Made by a program: the position numbers and the translations under genes. Of a stretch of DNA of 64,000 bases, positions 1 through 12,510 are shown piece by piece (position 1 is the stretch's first letter; every line of letters begins with the position of its first letter). The notes beneath the pieces are model-generated. The model was not told where the DNA came from. It saw only the letters and a list, made by a program, of their open reading frames with translations, and made no database searches. This stretch comes from the human T2T-CHM13v2.0 reference genome, Homo sapiens, in the NCBI RefSeq assembly GCF_009914755.1, contig NC_060938.1, one strand, 5' to 3'.

Positions 1-959
1 AAAATTACTATTATAGATGCTCTGGGAGCCCTGACTATATTAATGCAAATTCATTTTGGAGGTTGCTAAATTATTTACATAGTTGTGGAACTTGTAAACT
101 TTCCTATCCTCCCCAAAGCATTTCCTTATTAGGGTTCCCTGAAAATCAGAGGGGTAGCAAGCAAAGAGAAGTAGGTCAGAGCTTCTGGCTACCATCCATA
201 TTTCGACAAGGTAGAACAAGGACACGTCCTGAGCAGGGTGACACAAGGAACCAGAAGGATTATAATACTCATCTTGCTTCTTCTATGCCTTCCCTTTGAA
301 ATGTTCAGTAGTCCAGACCACAGTAAAAAGGTGAGGCAGAACAGGATCCAGCTACAGAGATCATATCTCTGCCTTTAGGGAAAAGAGGAGAGAAGTAGCC
401 AGGTGGGAGCATAGGACAAACAGAAACAGAAAACTTCTCCAAGCAGTAATCTTCCCTGCAGAACAAGGGCCATGAAATTGCTATTCTGCAGAAAAATCTA
501 TTTTCTTTTTTTAACAGAAATCATCTAACCTCAAGGTTAGAGATGAGAGCAGGAGAGAACTGTCTGTTCCTCTCTTCCTTCACCAGATTCTCATCTCAAA
601 ATTATTATTCTATCCTTCTTTTCTTCTCTCTCAATGTTTAAGCTGGTATGTTAATAACTTGTCAAGATGTCACCACTAATGGTCAGAATAAAAAGCAAAT
701 TATTACTAAGCTCTACCCTTTTTAAAGTTTCCACAAATTCACACAGAAACATGATTACTTATGCCTAAATATTTCAGATTATAAGTCAGTTGTCTACTTC
801 AAAATAATGGCTGATTTGTAGATGGTCTTTCCTACTTTATCTCCAATGTCCTTATTGGCCCTGAGGGTTTTTCATAATTTCTACCAATTATTTCAGGTTA
901 CGTTGTTCAATCATGTCATGGGATTATATAGATTTCATGAGCAAGCATCCTGACCTTTT

Positions 960-1370
960 TCTTCAGGTAAACCCAGTCATCTTTCTGGACTCACTCTGGC
1001 TCCATCATATCTCTAGCACACGTCTTCGTAAGATGTTCTCTGTGAATGGTGTGATTCTTGGACAAGAGCTAAGATCTCATTAATTGTTCCAGTTGTTTTC
1101 CAGGATATTTTGTCACTTAATTTATATCACGGTATCGTATTTCTTAGGTGTATTAGGTTGTTTGAAGATAGATTAAAAAGTTAACTTTATTTTCCATTCC
1201 TATTTTAACAAAGCCATCACGACAAGCTTCTACCAAGTTTAGATTTTTAAATTGTGCATTCATGGTATGTTGACTACAGTGTGATGAAGCTTATTTTTAA
1301 TAACACTAGGAAGATAACTTCAGGAAGTTCATATTCTGTTCTTTCATTTGTACTGAAATTGAATAATTCT
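960..1370 (-). mobile_element. Probable ancient RTE-clade LINE (L4/MamRTE-like) APE endonuclease remnant
   Basis: One minus-strand frame (with stops) reads NRNGK..LFNLSSNNLIHLRNT..KISWKTTGTINEILALVQ..SYEDVC.RYDGA. This follows the APE motif order N-x-NG..L..NNL..NT..TW..G..NEID..S.DV..GA. Boundaries are uncertain. Confidence 0.35.
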
Positions 1371-1829
1371 CCAGCTGACTAAAATGAGAACGGCTAATTT
1401 TCTTCATGAGCAATGGACTGTAAACAACATTTTTATAAACTACTGTCTTGGATACAGAATACCATGAGTTTAAAAAATAATCAGTCTTCACTGCTGAGAA
1501 AGTGGGTCATCGTTATTTCTCTTATTTCAAACATATCATTGAGAGTGTTATTCAGTAGAGTACATCTATCTGTAGCACTGTAACCAGAGATGTGGTGCCT
1601 GCCCTCCATAAGTTTATGATGCGCTGAAGAAAAGGTGCACACAGATGATGAAGCACAAATTTCAAAATTTAGTTAGGATTATCTTGTGAGCTGAGTGGTA
1701 AATCTCAGAGACCAGTAACTCAACCAAATGGGAACTCCAGGTCTCCTAGAGCCCAGTTATACTCTCATATGGCAAATCAAACTCAAATGAAAATAAAGTC
1801 CTTAATATTTAAAAAAATAATAAATTATA

Positions 1830-2210
1830 AATTTTTGGATAGCATATTCACATGGTTAAAAATAAAATAATGTAAAAATATATAAATCAAGAGCTCTTAT
1901 TCCCATTTCATCTCTATTTCCTCCTTTCTCACTCACTCTCTATTAGTTAGCACTTTGATTAGTTTCTTAAATATTCTTTCAAAGTTTTCTTATGCAAATG
2001 CAAGCAAACTCAAGTATTTCACTCTTTCTTACACAAAAAATAGCATACTATGGACAATTTTTGTATTTTGCTTTTTCCACTTGATAACATATGCCAGAAA
2101 TCTTTAAGATCAAGATATAGAGAAATTGTTATCCTTTTTACAGCTATGTATTATTCCACTGACAATTCATGTAATGTGTGGATGTGCTGGTTTATTTCAA
2201 CAAGATCTAA
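1830..2210 (-). mobile_element. Old L1ME-type 3' fragment
   Basis: Degenerate L1ME 3'UTR-like motifs (tagcatactat..., tttgctttttccacttgataacatat, tgtattattccact). Confidence 0.45.
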
Positions 2211-4232
2211 TCTGGATTCTGAGTTATGGTTAAAAATATAATCCTGAATTTTGTTAGGTAAGGTATTTACAGCAACAACACTTCTTTGGTGTTTGAATGG
2301 TTGTGGAAAATTTGATTTTTGAGGCATAAGGAACTTTTCCTTTTATCTGGGCTCACTCAAAGTCAGCTTCAGAAAGATAATCTAGACATCTCAAGAAGTT
2401 GACACATGCTGGTCCTTTGGTTGTGTTTACAAGCAGACTACTTTTTCTCTAATCTGGTTTAATCTTGGTGTGTTGGTACATGTACACACAGACACAGTGC
2501 ATGTACGCTTTCTAGCCTTTAATTTGCACATATTAAGGGGAAAGGTGATGGGTGACTGGTGATGTAGGTGGTGACAATCCCTATGAAGAATCAGGGATAC
2601 CGCAGTTCTTTATTTCTCCCCAGAGCAGCTGGCATGTTGAAGTTATCAGACCATATCAGACTTAAGGGACATTAAATGTCAGGAGAGCAGACCTGCTATA
2701 GAAAGCTGATGGGAGCTGCGGGAAACTTTAGTATCAAATGTTCTCCTGTATAATAATAGGCAGCAGCATCAATCTCAGAAATGCTGCTACAAATGTCAAA
2801 GAAAACCTTCCCTGTATATAGATTAAAGTTGCAGATAAAAACAGAGGACCAAATCAAAGCCCTAGTGTTCCTTTTTTGAAACCACCCTGCCAAAAATGCA
2901 ATTTCTGAGTTATCAAAAAATAGAATCTCTCAAACAGCATTCATAAAGTTTCACATTTTGGTGTTATCACAGAGGCTTATATTGAGGAAATGCTATTTCT
3001 TCCTTCCCTCCCCTTTCAAGGTTGAAGCAGCATCCTATCTTCTCTAACAATGTTAACTTCAGAACCGCAAGCTCAGAGACTATCAGCACTGTGTTTTGCA
3101 GAGCCAGAGCTCCACATACCAGTGTGTGTTTGCCATTTCCTAGGAAACCCCTCTTTTCAAAAGGATCCAGGAAATAAACTTTTAAAAATGACTTTATGAA
3201 GCCAACATTTGTGACCTCTGAATAAAATTTCATCCAGTGAAGCAATTTAGATTGCTCCCTAAGTACAATGGAGTGTCAACTGAGAAATCTCAGTGTAAAA
3301 GCCTAAACAGAATTTAGATTAATAAGGCCTGTTTTGGCTGTGACAATTCAAACATTTACCATTAAGAATTTGATCTATCAAGTAGAGGGTTAGGCTGGGA
3401 AAAACGTCTTTTTTTTTTTTTTTTTTTTTTTGTAAGGGGAGAGACAATATTACAAAAAGAAATTTTCATCAGCTACGGTTAAGGCACACACACACATTCA
3501 TATATATATGCAAATACACACATACACACATGCTTAAATAAATAAGCTGTTGCTCTACGAGGATGCCTGCTGGGATAAGGTTAGCAATTTGCCACAGAGT
3601 TCAGAGTAGGGAACGTCTGGGAAACAGAGTCAGTGACTCTATTCCTTCTACCCACTTACCTACTAAACATGACCCTGTCATGTTTCTGTGACAAGTGATG
3701 TTCAGCATAATGTCATCTCCCTTGATGTCACCCTCAAGAATGTCTTGCTCATTGACACGTCTAGACAACCCTGGTTATAGAAGGGCTCTCTGTACATTTT
3801 TTTGATAACCTGCATGTTTATTATAGAAGATACAGTTACAGGAGTTTTTAAAATAGCAAAGCATTAATGTTTAGAGAGCTTAGTAGTATTTGATTTTCTT
3901 ACATTTCTCTGAGCTATGCTACTCATTTCCTATGCAATCTTGGGAATCTCTTAATCTTTCAAGTGACTCTGTTTCCCTTCTGAACTCTGTGTGGAGGGCA
4001 GTTTTTTGAGGATAAAGATTCTTGATATTATCACTGAGATCAGAGTGGTTTCAAAGGCTCCTCTCTTCATCTCTGATAAGTGGTCAATAAGTGATACCAC
4101 TTGTGAAGGATTTCTTTGCCATATTCTGTCTCCCAAGTTGCCTGCAACCTGGATAATTGTTCTTAGGGCCGTCAGGGTGGCAGTGCTACTTCAAATATCA
4201 AGTCTTTAAGCAAACTATTCCTTAGCTAAGGG

Positions 4233-4331
4233 ATGCTGGGCTTACTATATAGGTGATAGGATGATCTGTGCAACAAACCACCACGGCACATGTTTACCTA
4301 TGTAACAAACCTGCACATCCTGTGCATGTAC
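4233..4331 (+). mobile_element. Short L1PA13-16-type 3'UTR fragment without poly(A)
   Basis: gatgctgggctta...gatctgtgcaacaaaccaccacggcacatgtttacctatgtaacaaacctgcacatcctg matches the L1PA 3'UTR. Confidence 0.85.
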
Positions 4332-4818
4332 ATCGGAATGCTCAGGAACAGAATAGCTCTTTTTTACAAATCAGTAGCTTCTTAGTACCTGCCTAAATTT
4401 ATTGCCCCTTTTCCTCATATTCTGTACAACGTCACTTTATAGTTTCACTCTCTACATGTAATATTAATCTGAATTTATATCAAGTAGTTCCATTACTTTT
4501 GGTCCTTAACTTTATTTCTACAGCCCCATTTCAAAGATTTCCAAGTTTCCCAAAATTACATCACCAGTGTGGTTTAAAGCAAGAACTCATTAAAAAAGAG
4601 GCTCAGGCTGTGCTTCCTCTTAGCCAGATATCCTTCTAGTTTTTCCTCTTCTAGATAAGAAAAAAGAGAAACAACAAATTCAGGGCTTTTTTTTTTTTTT
4701 TTTTTATCATGGAAAAATATATTGGTTTTACTCATCTTCCAATTCAGGCAAAGTTTTGTGAGTGATGATACATTTCACAACCCTTCCCTCCACCATTCAA
4801 TTTTTTATTTTTCCCACG

Positions 4819-4944
4819 TTAGAATGTAAGCTTCATGAGGGCAGATATTTGGCCTTATTTTTCCTCTGTGAAGTATTACAAGCAATTAGAGCAACGCCTA
4901 GCACATATAGGTACTCGATAAGTATTTCTTAAATCAATGAATGT
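4819..4944 (+). mobile_element. L2 3' end
   Basis: tagaatgtaagcttcatgagggcag...gcctagcacatataggtactcgataagtattt...aatgaatg. Confidence 0.75.
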
Positions 4945-5012
4945 CTTACTCCTGTAGAGTTTTCTTCACTTAAACCAGCAGGCTTTCAAAACTTTAGGGC
5001 CAAATATTTTAG

Positions 5013-5190
5013 TCATTCATTCCTGCATGCATGAATATTTACTGAGTGTCTGATAGGTGCCAGGCATAGTTTTGAGGGCTTCTGTGATGTTAGTATGATG
5101 TTCATGGAACTTTCATTCTAGTGAATCAGCAGACAACAAACAAGCAAGCAAACAGATACAAAATAAAAATTGCAAAGTATGATTGGGATT
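5013..5190 (-). mobile_element. L2 3' end, tail-to-tail with the previous copy
   Basis: cattcattc...atttactgagtgtctgataggtgccaggca...catggaactttcattctagtg. Confidence 0.7.
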
Positions 5191-5206
5191 AAAAATAATA
5201 ATAAAT

Positions 5207-5515
5207 GGCAGGGTGCGGTGGCTCACGCCTGTAATCCCAGCACTTTGGGACGCCAACGTGGGCGGATCACGAGTTCAGGAGATCAAGACCATCCTGGCTA
5301 ACACGGTGAAACCCCGTCTCTACTAAATATACAAAAAATTAGACGGGCTTGGTGGCGGGTGCCTGTAGTCCCAGCTGCTCAGGAGGCTGAGGCAGGAGAA
5401 TGGCGTGAACCCGGGAGGCGGATCTTGCGGTGAGCTGAGATCCCGCCAGTGCACTCCAGCCTGGTGGACAGAGGGAGACTCCATCTCAAAAATAAATCAA
5501 TAAATAAATTAATTA
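5207..5515 (+). mobile_element. AluY
   Basis: Full dimer with AluY diagnostics (accatcctggctaacacgg, gaatggcgtgaacccggg), A-rich tail and an aataataat(a/g)ataaat-like TSD. Confidence 0.95.
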
Positions 5516-6076
5516 ATAATAATGATAAATAAGTGCTGTGACAGAGAATAATGGGAGTGCTTATGGTCAGACTTTCAGGAAATTATTTGTTTCTCTCTCT
5601 TCCTTTTTTTTTTTTTTTTTGACCCTGGGATATTAAATGAGAGTTCTCCCTTTTTTCCTGAATCTTCTCAATAAAATAGACTATTTTCAAAAAAAGTTAC
5701 AGACTAGTTTCTTCACTAAGGCATAAACTTTGTGAGCCATAAAAAAATCTTAAATTTAAAGGACATGAACTTAGTTATACACTCTAGATTAACTTAAGGG
5801 AGATAATAGTGCATCTTAAAAGAACCGTATCTTTATGCAATAAACAATTTTATTAGTCATAACAATGCTGTAAATAGAATTAAAAATGGCAAATTCTATA
5901 ATGCCACTCAAATTGGTATTTTTCCTTCTATTGTTCAGATTCTCAAGAAAAGTTTCTATTTGCTCATTTACTTCTTAAAATGGCCCACGTCACTCATTAC
6001 TCTACAATCTGAATTTCATTACCTTATAGTAAGTAACCTTTCGATAATTGCTTTATTTTTTTACGTGAAAACATAT

Positions 6077-6442
6077 TTTTTTTTCTTTTTTTTTAATTAT
6101 ACTTTAAGTTTTAGGGTACATGTGCACAACGTGCAGGTTGGTTACATATGTGTACATGTGCCATGCTGGTGTGCTGCACCCATCAACTCGTCATTTAACA
6201 TTAGGTATATCTCCTAATGCTATCCCTCCCCCCTCCCCCCACCCCACAACAGGCCCCGGTGTGTGATGTTCCCCTTCCTGTGTCCATGTGTTCTCATTGT
6301 TCAATTCCCACCTATGAGTGAGAACATGCAGTGTTTGGTTTTTTGTCCTTGTGATAGTTTGCTGAGAATGATGGTTTCCAGCTTCATCCATGTCCCTACA
6401 AAGGACATGAACTCATCATTTTTTATGGCTGCACAGTATTCC
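6077..6442 (-). mobile_element. L1PA4-like 3' fragment
   Basis: Poly(T) followed by attatactttaagttttagggtacatgtgcacaacgtgcagg... (L1PA 3'UTR and ORF2 end). Confidence 0.92.
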
Positions 6443-8950
6443 CAATACCCTTGAAATCCACCCAAAGTGTTGCATGTATCAATAGTTTATTCCTTTTTAA
6501 TGCTTGAGTAATATTCTATAGTTTGGAGGTACCCTGTTTTGTTTTGTTTTGTTTTTAACAATTCACCCATCAAATGAAGGACAACTAGGTTGTTTCCAGT
6601 GTGGAGCCATTACAAATAAAGTTGCTATGAGCGTTCAAGAACAGATTTTTGTGTAGATAATTTTTCATTTTTCAGGGATAAATACCTAGGAGCTTCTTCT
6701 GAGTTATATAGAAGAATATTGTATAGTTTTTAAAGAAAATGTCAACCTATTTTCCAGAATGGTTGTAGCATTTGACATTTCCACTGCCAGTATATGACAG
6801 ATCCAGTTTCTCTGCTCACCTTGTTGGCATTGTATTGTGCTGTCAGGATGGTTTAAATTTTAGCTCTTCTAAAAGGCATGCGGCAATATCCATTGTGGTT
6901 TTAATTTCCATTTCCCTAATGGCTAATGATACTGAATATATTTTCATGTGTTCATTTTTTGTTATCTTTGATGAAGTGTGTAGTCATGGCACTGCTCATT
7001 TTCTACTTGAATTGTTCATTTTCACTGCTGTTTTTAATATTTCTTTACTCATTATCCATATGTGTCCTTTGTCAGGCCTTGTACGTACATGGTTTGCAAA
7101 TATTTTCTCTCAAGGTGGAGTACCAAGTATTTTCATCCTTTAAACAGGATATTCTACAGAGCATAAGGTTTTAATTTTGCTGAAGTCTAATTTATGGATT
7201 TTTTTCATTTATGGACCATGCCTTTGATGTCCTAAGAACTTTTTTCACCTAACTCTAGGTTTTGTAGATTTTTATTTTCTCCTGTTTTCTTCTAAAAGTT
7301 TTATAGATTTATAATTTGCTTTTAAATCTATGTTTTATTTGGAGTTAATTTTTGCATAAGTTGAGATGTTTAAGTGTAAATGAGGTATTTTTTTTTCTGT
7401 TCTGTTTTGTTTTGCCTATGGATGTCCAATCGCTCCAGTACCATTTGTTGAAAAGACAACCAAAGACAATCTTTCCTTCATTGAATTGCTTTTGTAACTT
7501 TGTAAAAAAAAACTTTTGGCCGCACTTTGATTGTTCTACTTCTGGGTTCTCTGTCCTGTTCCCTTAGTCTGTTTCCATCCCTCCACCAATCCTACATCAT
7601 CATGATTACTATAGCAATGTGGTGTCTTAAATTTGGATGCAGTGATTATTCTCATTCCATTTTTCTCTTAATCATTGTTTCAACTGTTATGGTTCCTTTT
7701 ACATTTTTAAATAAATTTTAGAATAAGCTTGCTTATGTCCACAAAAATTACACTAGGAATTTTATGGAAATTACATAAAAAATTATAGGGGAATTTGAGG
7801 AGAACTGAGGTCTTTACTATGTCAGGTCTTCCAATCTATAAACACAAGGTATTTCTCCACTTATTTTGAACTTAAAATTTCTTTCATTAACACTGCAGTT
7901 TTCAACATATAACTCCTGTATATAATTTATTATATTTTACCTAAATATTTAAATAAGTAATTATAAGTGGCCTTTTATAATGTTTTAATTATAATTTTGT
8001 AATTAAAGTATAATAATAATTTTATAATTAACATTTTTATGTTTATTGCTAGTATATAGAAATATAATTCATTTTTTTATATTGATCCTGTATCCTGTGA
8101 CCTTGCTGAACTCACTTGTTAGTTCTAGGAGGGATTTTTTTTTTTTTTATTTTGCTAGATTTCTTGGGACTTTCTGCATAGACCATTATGTCATTTTCAC
8201 ATAGGGACAGCGTTGTATCTTCCTTCCAATTTGTATTCCTTTTATTTCCTTTTCTTGCTTTATTCTGCAGGTTAGGACTTCCAGTACTGTATTGATTAAG
8301 AATAGGAAAAGAAGAAATCTTCCCTTGCTTCAAATATTAGGGGAAAGTATTTAGTCTTTCACCATTAAATATAATGTTAGTTGTAGGTGTTTCATATATT
8401 TTTTAATCAAATTTAGGAAGTTCCTTTCTATTCCTACTTTGCTGAGAAAACTTATCATAAATGGGTGTTGAAGTTCATGAAATGTTTTCTTTCTGTATCA
8501 ATTAATATGATAATTTGACTCTTCTTTATCTTGTTGATGTGGTGGATTACACTGGCTGATTTTTGAATATTGAACCAACTTTGCACTTCATTGTGGTGTA
8601 TAATTACTTTTACATGTTACTGAATTACTTTTACAAAAATATTTTGTTGACTATTTTTCAGTCTATGTTCATGAATAATATTCATCTGTATTTTTCTTTT
8701 TTGTACAGAGTTTTTCTGGTTTTGGTATCAGGCTAATACAGGTCTAAGAAAGTGAGTTGGAAAATGTTCCTCTCCTATTTTATGGAAGCAATTGTGCAGA
8801 ATTGGTATTAATTCTTTAAATATTTGGTGCAATTCTGCAGGGAAACCATCTAGGTATACCTAAGATTTCTTCTTCTGGAGTTTTAACCCTATAAACTCAA
8901 TTTTTTAAATAATTATTCAGATTATTTCATGTTGGGTAGATTTTTTTTCT
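6443..8950 (-). mobile_element. Old L1MC-type element (ORF2 3' part and start of 3'UTR)
   Basis: Antisense L1M ORF2 sequence. ORF 8112..8333 gives the degenerate RT motif TLSLCENDIMVYAESPK (L1 [15 protein letters not shown]). Confidence 0.85.
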
Positions 8951-10466
8951 TTGTATTGTATCCATGCTGTTTAGGTAGAAGGATTCGTTTTATATCATAT
9001 ATTCCTACATAGCTCCAAAGAGATACCGCCTTTAAGATGATACAGATTACACCTTTTAAAATTGTCTAGAAAGAAAGTAGAAATTCTCTCCATCAAAAAA
9101 ACCTTCAGAAATAAACCAGGTAAAATATTGGGGAAACAAACCCTCTCTTGAAAACAGAAGCATTGTTAACAAAAGGTTTGAAACTAATGAAATAAATTTT
9201 GCTGAGAACCAAAAAAAAAAAAAAAACCTCAGTGAAAAGTAACCTGAATTATGAGCCCTGCAATAATCACAATTTTAAAAATCTACATTTCTCTTAAAGA
9301 CCAGTTGCTATTTGCTGGGCAGTTTCTGTAAATATATATATTATGTCTATTGGTAAGCAGAACCAAGGATACCTCACAAAATTGGACTTAGAAGACCCTA
9401 ATAGGTAAAAGATGGGTACCCAACACTGGCATAGGAATAGGTCCTGGGGTCCTGCTTAGGTTGTTCATCAAAAGCTGATAGAATCAAAAGTAAAATGACC
9501 TGATCATCACAATTCTTACATTCTTAAGTAAAAACAAATAAAATTTCTTGAAAAGTACAGAACTGGCTTTAGTCTAAAAAGCATCTGATCCTGCTCTAGA
9601 TGCTGTTTTCTTAAAATCCTGCAAACAGGACCCAGATTTACATAAACATTTGAAAATAATCAAAGATCAGAGTCAGCTCAAATACCAAACTCAGGCAAAG
9701 GTCAATTTCTCTCTTCTTTGCTTCAACTGAAAATCAAAAAGGACTAATTTTACTAGTATCAAAAACATTTTCCCTTCTTAATAACCCATGTGACCAAGGC
9801 CAAATCAAATGTAATATTTGCCTTTACATCAAAAACAAAATGAGCTTTCATAAATCAGATTTTATGCAGTCTATAGTGTAAAGAACCAGTGAGAGAGATT
9901 TATCTCAAAATCCATAAATTGAATGCAAACTCACAAAATAAATTAAATCAAGTATGAAAGAAAATCAACATGTAGGTTTATGGGACAATAAATATGTAAA
10001 AAGGTGGAAAAATAATACAGCAGGGAAATCAAAACCTCAAGCAAAAAGGGTAGCAAGGAATGTATCATGAAGAAAAAAACAATAAAGTGACATGAGAAGA
10101 AAATGGTATTAGAATAATTTCTGAAAGAATGGAATTAAAATAATTTTTACATAGAAATGGGAAAATAGCATGACATGCCTTGCAATATTACAACAGGGGT
10201 AAAGTTTCTGAACAGTGATCTCTATAGGGCAGGGTCCCTTACTTGTCCTCTGGAAATGAAGCTTATTAGAAAATGACTTTATAGCAACTTTTATTTCAAA
10301 AACATGCTTTGCAAAAATACTATGGTTGAAGAAATGAAAACTGTTCCAAAAGGGAGGTGACTATTACTATTAGCTGGCTGCATATTACCAAAGCTTTGAC
10401 TTATGCTATTGTTCTGACAGATGCAGCTAAACTGGCAAACCTTATCATAGTTTATAAGGAAACCCT

Positions 10467-11985
10467 TTGGAACAAAAAAAAAAACAGCCTGAATTGCCAA
10501 GAAAACCCTAAACAAAAAGAACAAAGCTAGAGGCATCATGCTACTTGATTTCAAACTATTCTACAAGGTAACTACCCAAAACAACATGGTACTGGTACAA
10601 AAACAAATAGACCAAAGAAACAGAATAGAGAACTTAGAAATAAGACCGCACACCTACAACTATCTAATCTTCAACAAACCTGACAAAAACAAGCCATGGG
10701 GAAAGGATTCCCTATTTAATAAATAGTGCTTGGAGAACTGGCAAGCCATATGCAGAAAATTGAAACTTGACCCCTTCCTTACACTTTACACAAAAATTAA
10801 CTCAAGATGGATTAAAGACATAAATGTAAAACTCCAAACTATAAAAGCCCTAGAAGAAAATCTAGGCAATGACAGTCAGGACATAGGCACAAGCAAAGAT
10901 TTCATGATGAAATCACCAAAAGCTATTGCAACAGAAGCAAAAATTGACAAATGGGATAATTAAACTAAAGAGTTTCCGCACAGCAAAAGAACTATGATTA
11001 CAGTGAACAGACAACCTACGGAATGGGAGAAAATTTTTGTAATCTGTTCATCTGACAAAGGTCTAATATCCAAAGTCTACAAGGAACTTAAACAAATTTA
11101 CAAGAAAAAAACAAACTCCATTAAAAAGTGAGCAAAGAACATGACCAGACACTTCTCAAGACATTCACGTGGCCAACAAAAAATTTTAAAAAGGCTCAAC
11201 ATCACCAATCATTAGAGAAATGCAAATCAAAACCACAATGAGATACCACCTCACACCAGTGAGAATGGTGATGATTATTAAAAAGTCCAGAAACAACAGA
11301 TGCTGGCAAGGTTGTGGAGAAAAAGGATCGCTTTTACACTGTTAGTGGGAGTGAAATTAATTCAACCATTGTGGAAGACGCCATGGTGATTCCTCAAAGA
11401 TCTAGAGGCATAAACACCATTTGACCTAGCAATCCCAACTCTGGGTATATACCCAAAGGAATATAAATCATTCTGTTCTAAAGATGCAAGCATGTGTATG
11501 TTCATTGCAGCAGTACTCACAATAGCAAAGACATGGAATCAACCCAAATGACCATCAATGGTAGACTATATAAAGAAATGTGGTGTTTATACACCATGGA
11601 ATACTATGCGGCCACAAAAAGGAATGAGATCATGTTCTTTGCAGGAACAGGGATGTAGCTGGAAGCCATTATCCTCAGCAAACCAGTGCAGGAACAGAAA
11701 ACCAATCACCTCATGTTGTCACTTACAAGTGGGAGCTGCATTATGAGAACACGTGGACACATGGTGGGTAACGACATACACTGGGACCTGTCAGTGGGGG
11801 GAAGGGTAGGAAGAGGGAAAGCATCAGGAAGAATAGCTAATGGATGCTAGGCTTAATACCATGTGATCAGCTGATCTGTGCAACAAACCACCATGGCACA
11901 CTTTTACCTATATAACAAACCTGAACATTCTGCACATGTACCCCAAATTTAAAATAAAAGTTGAAGGAAAAAAAGAAAAAACAAA
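10467..11985 (+). mobile_element. L1PA15/16-like 5'-truncated copy (ORF2 C-terminal part, 3'UTR, poly(A))
   Basis: ORF2-like peptides (LDFKLFYK.., [16 protein letters not shown]..), 3'UTR, A tail, TSD gaaaccct at ~10459 and ~11986. Confidence 0.92.
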
Positions 11986-12282
11986 GAAACCCTCACAACA
12001 TCGTGAGAGCATATGTCTTTAAGGTAATACATATTTTGTGGATGTGTGTGCGGTAGCACTGCAGAGGAGACTGGTGATACAGATGACATATAAGACAAAA
12101 GAAAAATGTATTTTTTAGTCATTTTATGGTGTGTGTATTTGGAAAGGGGGTGGAAAGAGAAAGGAGAAGAGAGAAGAAGAGAAAAATTAAGTGGTCTTTG
12201 ACACTGCCATTCTAGACTGCAATTTTCTACGGCAATTAATATCTATATTACTATGGCAATTGCAAGACAGCATTAGTTCAGT

Positions 12283-12510
12283 AATAATAATAACAGTTAA
12301 CATTTTTGAGCACTTGTCAAATGATAGAATTTGTCTAAACATTTTTGAAACATTATTACATCTAGTTCTCAAAACAACCCTACAAGGTATGTCTTTATAG
12401 ATGATGAAACTGAAGTCTTAAGAAAGTTAAGAAGGTTGTAAAAGTTCACACAGCTAATAAATAGCAAAGTTAAACTCAAAAATCCCCTTTTACCACTGTA
12501 CTATACTAGC
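12283..12510 (-). mobile_element. MIR
   Basis: aataataataacagttaacatttttgagcac...acaaccctacaaggta...atagatgatgaaactgaag...cacagctaataaat (MIR core). Confidence 0.75.

Noticed and set aside
897-966. Exon-like segment (tttcag|...CAG|gtaaac) encoding LRCSIMSWDYIDFMSKHPDLFLQ
   Set aside because: I recognise no protein and no partner exons, and it abuts a probable LINE fossil on the other strand.
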